Source: Longimicrobiales bacterium (lineage in GTDB: Bacteria; Gemmatimonadota; Gemmatimonadetes; Longimicrobiales; Gaopeijiaceae). Taken from it: a stretch of DNA of 64,000 bases. Under the pieces are notes generated by a model, which saw nothing but the letters and a program-made list of their open reading frames with translations, had not been told where the DNA came from and did no database searches. Location of the stretch: positions 2,720,001-2,784,000 of the forward strand of contig CBDFIQ010000002.1 of NCBI GenBank assembly GCA_965248195.1, in the 5' to 3' direction. Positions 61,031 to 64,000 of this stretch are shown piece after piece; the first letter of the stretch is position 1, and every line of letters begins with the position of its first letter. Position numbers and translations under genes: made by a program.

Positions 61031-61498
61031 TCAGCCCCCCATTTCGGAGGCCGCTGCCTGCACGGCCTTCACGATGTTGTGGTAGCCGGTGCAGCGGCAG
61101 AGGTTGCCCTCCAGCCACTCCCGCACGTCGCCCTCCGACGGGTCGGGGTTGCGGCTCACCAATTCCATGCCGCTCAGGACCATGCCCGGTGTGCAGAAAC
61201 CACACTGAAGACCGTGATGCTCCTTGAAGGCCTCCTGCATGGGATGGAGCGCTCCGTTCGTCGCGACCCCTTCGATGGTCGTGACGTCGACGCCCTCGGC
61301 CTCGGCGGCCAACATGGTGCAGCTCTTGACCGACTTGCCCCCGACGTGGACCACGCACGCCCCGCACTGGCTCGTGTCGCACCCGACGTGGGTTCCGGTG
61401 AGCGCCAGGGTCTCCCGCAGAAAGTCCACCAGAAGGGTGCGTGCTTCGACTTCGTGCGAGACCGCTTGGCCGTTTACCTGCATCGAAACGACTGGCAT
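61031..61498 (-). CDS. coxS: 2Fe-2S subunit (CoxS-like)
   Basis: [26 protein letters not shown]. Confidence 0.95.
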   Translation of the reverse strand: MPVVSMQVNGQAVSHEVEARTLLVDFLRETLALTGTHVGCDTSQCGACVVHVGGKSVKSCTMLAAEAEGVDVTTIEGVATNGALHPMQEAFKEHHGLQCGFCTPGMVLSGMELVSRNPDPSEGDVREWLEGNLCRCTGYHNIVKAVQAAASEMGG

Positions 61499-61677
61499 GA
61501 ACGACTCCCTGGTAGGGGAGAAGATTCACGGCCGGTCCCGAGGGATCCGGCCGTGAAGGTGGACGGGGTTAGGATGGGGAGCGGCAAACCCTTGGTCAAG
61601 CCAGGGACAGGGATTTCAATGGTCTTTTCCGAGTGCGGCACGCGGCTCGAGCGGTCGTGGCAGGCCGCAAACGCACC

Positions 61678-61709
61678 CCGGGTCGTCCTTTGAGAAAAGG
61701 ACGACCCGG
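61678..61709. terminator. Perfect 14-bp stem hairpin (terminator or stability element)
   Basis: ccgggtcgtccttt-gaga-aaaggacgacccgg; no clear U tract. Confidence 0.55.
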
Positions 61710-61752
61710 TGCTGTTTCCCCTGGATCGGGGGTCCGGCCGAAGGGCCCGGGC

Positions 61753-62514
61753 TCAGTTGCCCAGGTTCAAGCTGAGGTCCGGGCGCAGGACGAAGATCTC
61801 GTTCGTCGACGAGGCGATCGCCTCATCCAATATGCCGAGGAGGCTCTGGGACTCGAACTCCCCGAATGCTTGCTCAAGGAGGGCGTCGAACTCGGCGGGC
61901 CCAGACATGCTGGCGAAGTTCTCGTGCGGGATCGAGACGACCCATTCGCCTAGGCTTCCACCTTGGGCCCCCTGGAAGACAAGGTACTGGACGGGAACGT
62001 TTGCGCCCTCGAAGGCCGTCTTGAGACTCTCGAGGAAGTGTACCCACTCTGGGTCGTGACCGGGGTTCACCTGAAAAGTGATCACCTCGTAGAGGGGACT
62101 GAGGGCAGCACCTCCACCCAGCATGCTGAGGTCGGGCCGCAGCCGTATCAGCTGGGCGACGACATTTTCCACGTGGGGCGCGATGTTGCGGTCGATGCTC
62201 TCCGCGTTGGCTACCGGATCCACATCAGGTTGGTCGAAGTCGGCGTAGGTGTGTCCGCCACTGAAGAAAAAGTACTGGCCCGTGCGCGCGCCGAAAGCGA
62301 TCTCGAACGCAGCCCACGTCCACGAGCCGCCTTCCTCGCCTACCCACTCCAGGTGCTTGCTGGCGCCCTCCTCGAATGCCGATGCATGTCCCGGCATAGG
62401 CTCAGCGGCTACGACATAGGCCATGTTGGCAGGCGTATCTTGCGCCGGCGCGGGCGAGGTGACGGTCAGAATCGGGATAGCCGCGAGGGCCAAGAGGAAT
62501 ACAAGCTTTTTCAT
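61753..62514 (-). CDS. Secreted hypothetical protein with two NIPSNAP-like repeats
   Basis: Signal peptide; two halves each ending in LRPDLS. Confidence 0.7.
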   Translation of the reverse strand: MKKLVFLLALAAIPILTVTSPAPAQDTPANMAYVVAAEPMPGHASAFEEGASKHLEWVGEEGGSWTWAAFEIAFGARTGQYFFFSGGHTYADFDQPDVDPVANAESIDRNIAPHVENVVAQLIRLRPDLSMLGGGAALSPLYEVITFQVNPGHDPEWVHFLESLKTAFEGANVPVQYLVFQGAQGGSLGEWVVSIPHENFASMSGPAEFDALLEQAFGEFESQSLLGILDEAIASSTNEIFVLRPDLSLNLGN

Positions 62515-62873
62515 GGTGCCTCCTGCCAGTGGTGAGGCCAGGTGTTCGGTGCCTCGTGGGAGTCGTCATCACGTCCGGGCCTCCGGACCGAGCAGAGAAC
62601 GTGAGGGTCCAGTTGGGCGATCGCAAGCACCGATCGGGCCATGATAGGGACGGGGATTTCAAATGTCTTTTCTCCGGCACGCGGCTTGACCGCCGAGACA
62701 CTCCAGGAACCTCCCCTCGCGAGGCCGTGGAGGAAGTACCAGTGAGGCCGATCGGCCTCGCGCGTTTGCCGATCGACCGTCGGCCTTCCTATTATCTTAT
62801 GGTGTTCCCGGCTGCCCCCGAACCCCGCTATGCCGGCGAGTGACAAAACGATGATGATGGACGTCTCACCACG

Positions 62874-64000
62874 ATGACGCCGGACATCTCTCGACGAGAG
62901 CTTCTCAAGGTCTCCGCCCTCGCGGGTGGGGCCAGTCTCGTCAGCGCGTTGGGTTTCGACTTGAAGCCCGCCTACGCGGCCGCTCGTGAGCTCAAGATCT
63001 CCAACGCGCGGGAATTCAAGACGGTGTGCCCCTACTGTGCGGTGGGGTGCGGGGCGATCGCTTATGTGCACGGGAGCGGTGGCCTGAACACGGTGAACTC
63101 CATCATCCACGTGGAGGGTGATCCGGACAGCCCCATCAACGGGGGGACGTTGTGCCCGAAGGGGGCGGCCCAGATGCAGCTCGCCATGAGCCCACGCCTC
63201 CAGGAGGGCCCCCTCCACCGAGAGGCGGGCGCTTCGGAGTGGACCGAGGTCACCTGGGATTGGGCCATGGATTGGTTCGCGAGGAAGTTCAAGGATTCGC
63301 GGGACGCCTCGTTCGTGGAGCGGGACGAGGAGGGACGGACGGTCAACCGCTGCGAGGGCATCGGCTGGGTGGGAAGCGCCACGGTGGCCAACGAGGACGC
63401 CTACTTCATCACCAAGACGATGCGCGCCATGGGGCTGGTCTACATCGATCACCAGGCCCGCATATGACACAGCCCCACAGTGGCCAGTTTGGCCGCAACG
63501 TTCGGGCGGGGCGCCATGACCAACCACTGGAAGGACATCAAGAACACCGACGTGGTGCTGGTCATGGGCGCCAACCCGGCGGAGAATCACCCCTGCGGGT
63601 TCAAGTGGGCCCTCGACGCGAGGGATGAGCGCGGCGCCCGGATCATAACGGTCGACCCCCGTTATACCCGCACCTCCGCCGTCGCCGATCATCACCTGCA
63701 AATTCGCCCCGGCTCCGACATCGCGGTCCTGGGGGGGATGATTCACAAGGTTCTCGACGAAGGGCTCTTCCACGAGGAGTACGTCCGGCTGCACACCAAT
63801 GCCTCGTTCATCGTGGAAGAGGGCTTCGGATTCGAGAACGGTCTTTTCGCGGGATTCGACCAGGCCCAGGGCGCCTACGACCGGACGGCCTGGGAGTACG
63901 AGCGCGGGCCGGACGGCTTCGTGCGCAGGGACATGACGCTGCAGGACCCTCGCTGCGTCTTCCAGCTCCTGAAGGATCACTACAGCCGCTACACGCCGGA
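62874..64000 (+). CDS. fdnG: Formate dehydrogenase-N alpha subunit, selenocysteine-containing (3' end outside the window)
   Basis: Tat SRRELLK; CPYCAVGC; HQARI-TGA(63465)-HSPTVASLAATFGRGAMTNHW; frame continues after the TGA. Confidence 0.95.
63468..63510 (+). promoter_or_regulatory. Bacterial SECIS element
   Basis: Hairpin gtggcca-gtt-tggccgc at 63480-63496, 12 nt after the UGA. Confidence 0.75.

Noticed and set aside
57851..61498. Aerobic CO oxidation capacity
   Set aside because: Lacks the form I AYXCSFR motif and M-S-L order

Overview
High-GC bacterial window that resembles Gemmatimonadota (inference from gene content: Ser/Thr-kinase N-termini, NHL, DUF6152-like, cyclase and FN3 proteins). 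(1) 1-5.9 kb: IS debris around an NfeD-like/flotillin pair, plus two mini-ORFs that are only kinase N-termini. (2) ~5.9-26.0 kb: an integrative conjugative element with FN3 cargo, HTH-AlpA regulator, VirB2-3-4-9-10-5-6-8, VirD4, IS-split VirB11, ArdC, excisionase-like HTH and tyrosine integrase. It has no visible HUH relaxase but a PD-(D/E)XK-like candidate. (3) 26-33 kb: host hydrolases, gene fragments, IS91-like remnants and tandem Cys/His-rich, Asp-tailed small proteins. (4) 34.4-39.0 kb: AT-richer island with two Zn-deaminase polymorphic-toxin tips (one split by IS256), no visible immunity genes, and a holin-like gene. (5) 39.3-64 kb: metabolic genes (nadB, yajQ, fdhD, peptidases, form-II-like coxSLM cluster, selenocysteine fdnG running off the end). 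The same 1376-bp IS256-family element occurs five times (first copy partial). Only two copies keep target duplications, so some junctions may be rearrangements or assembly joins. All product calls come from motif recognition by eye, not database searches.
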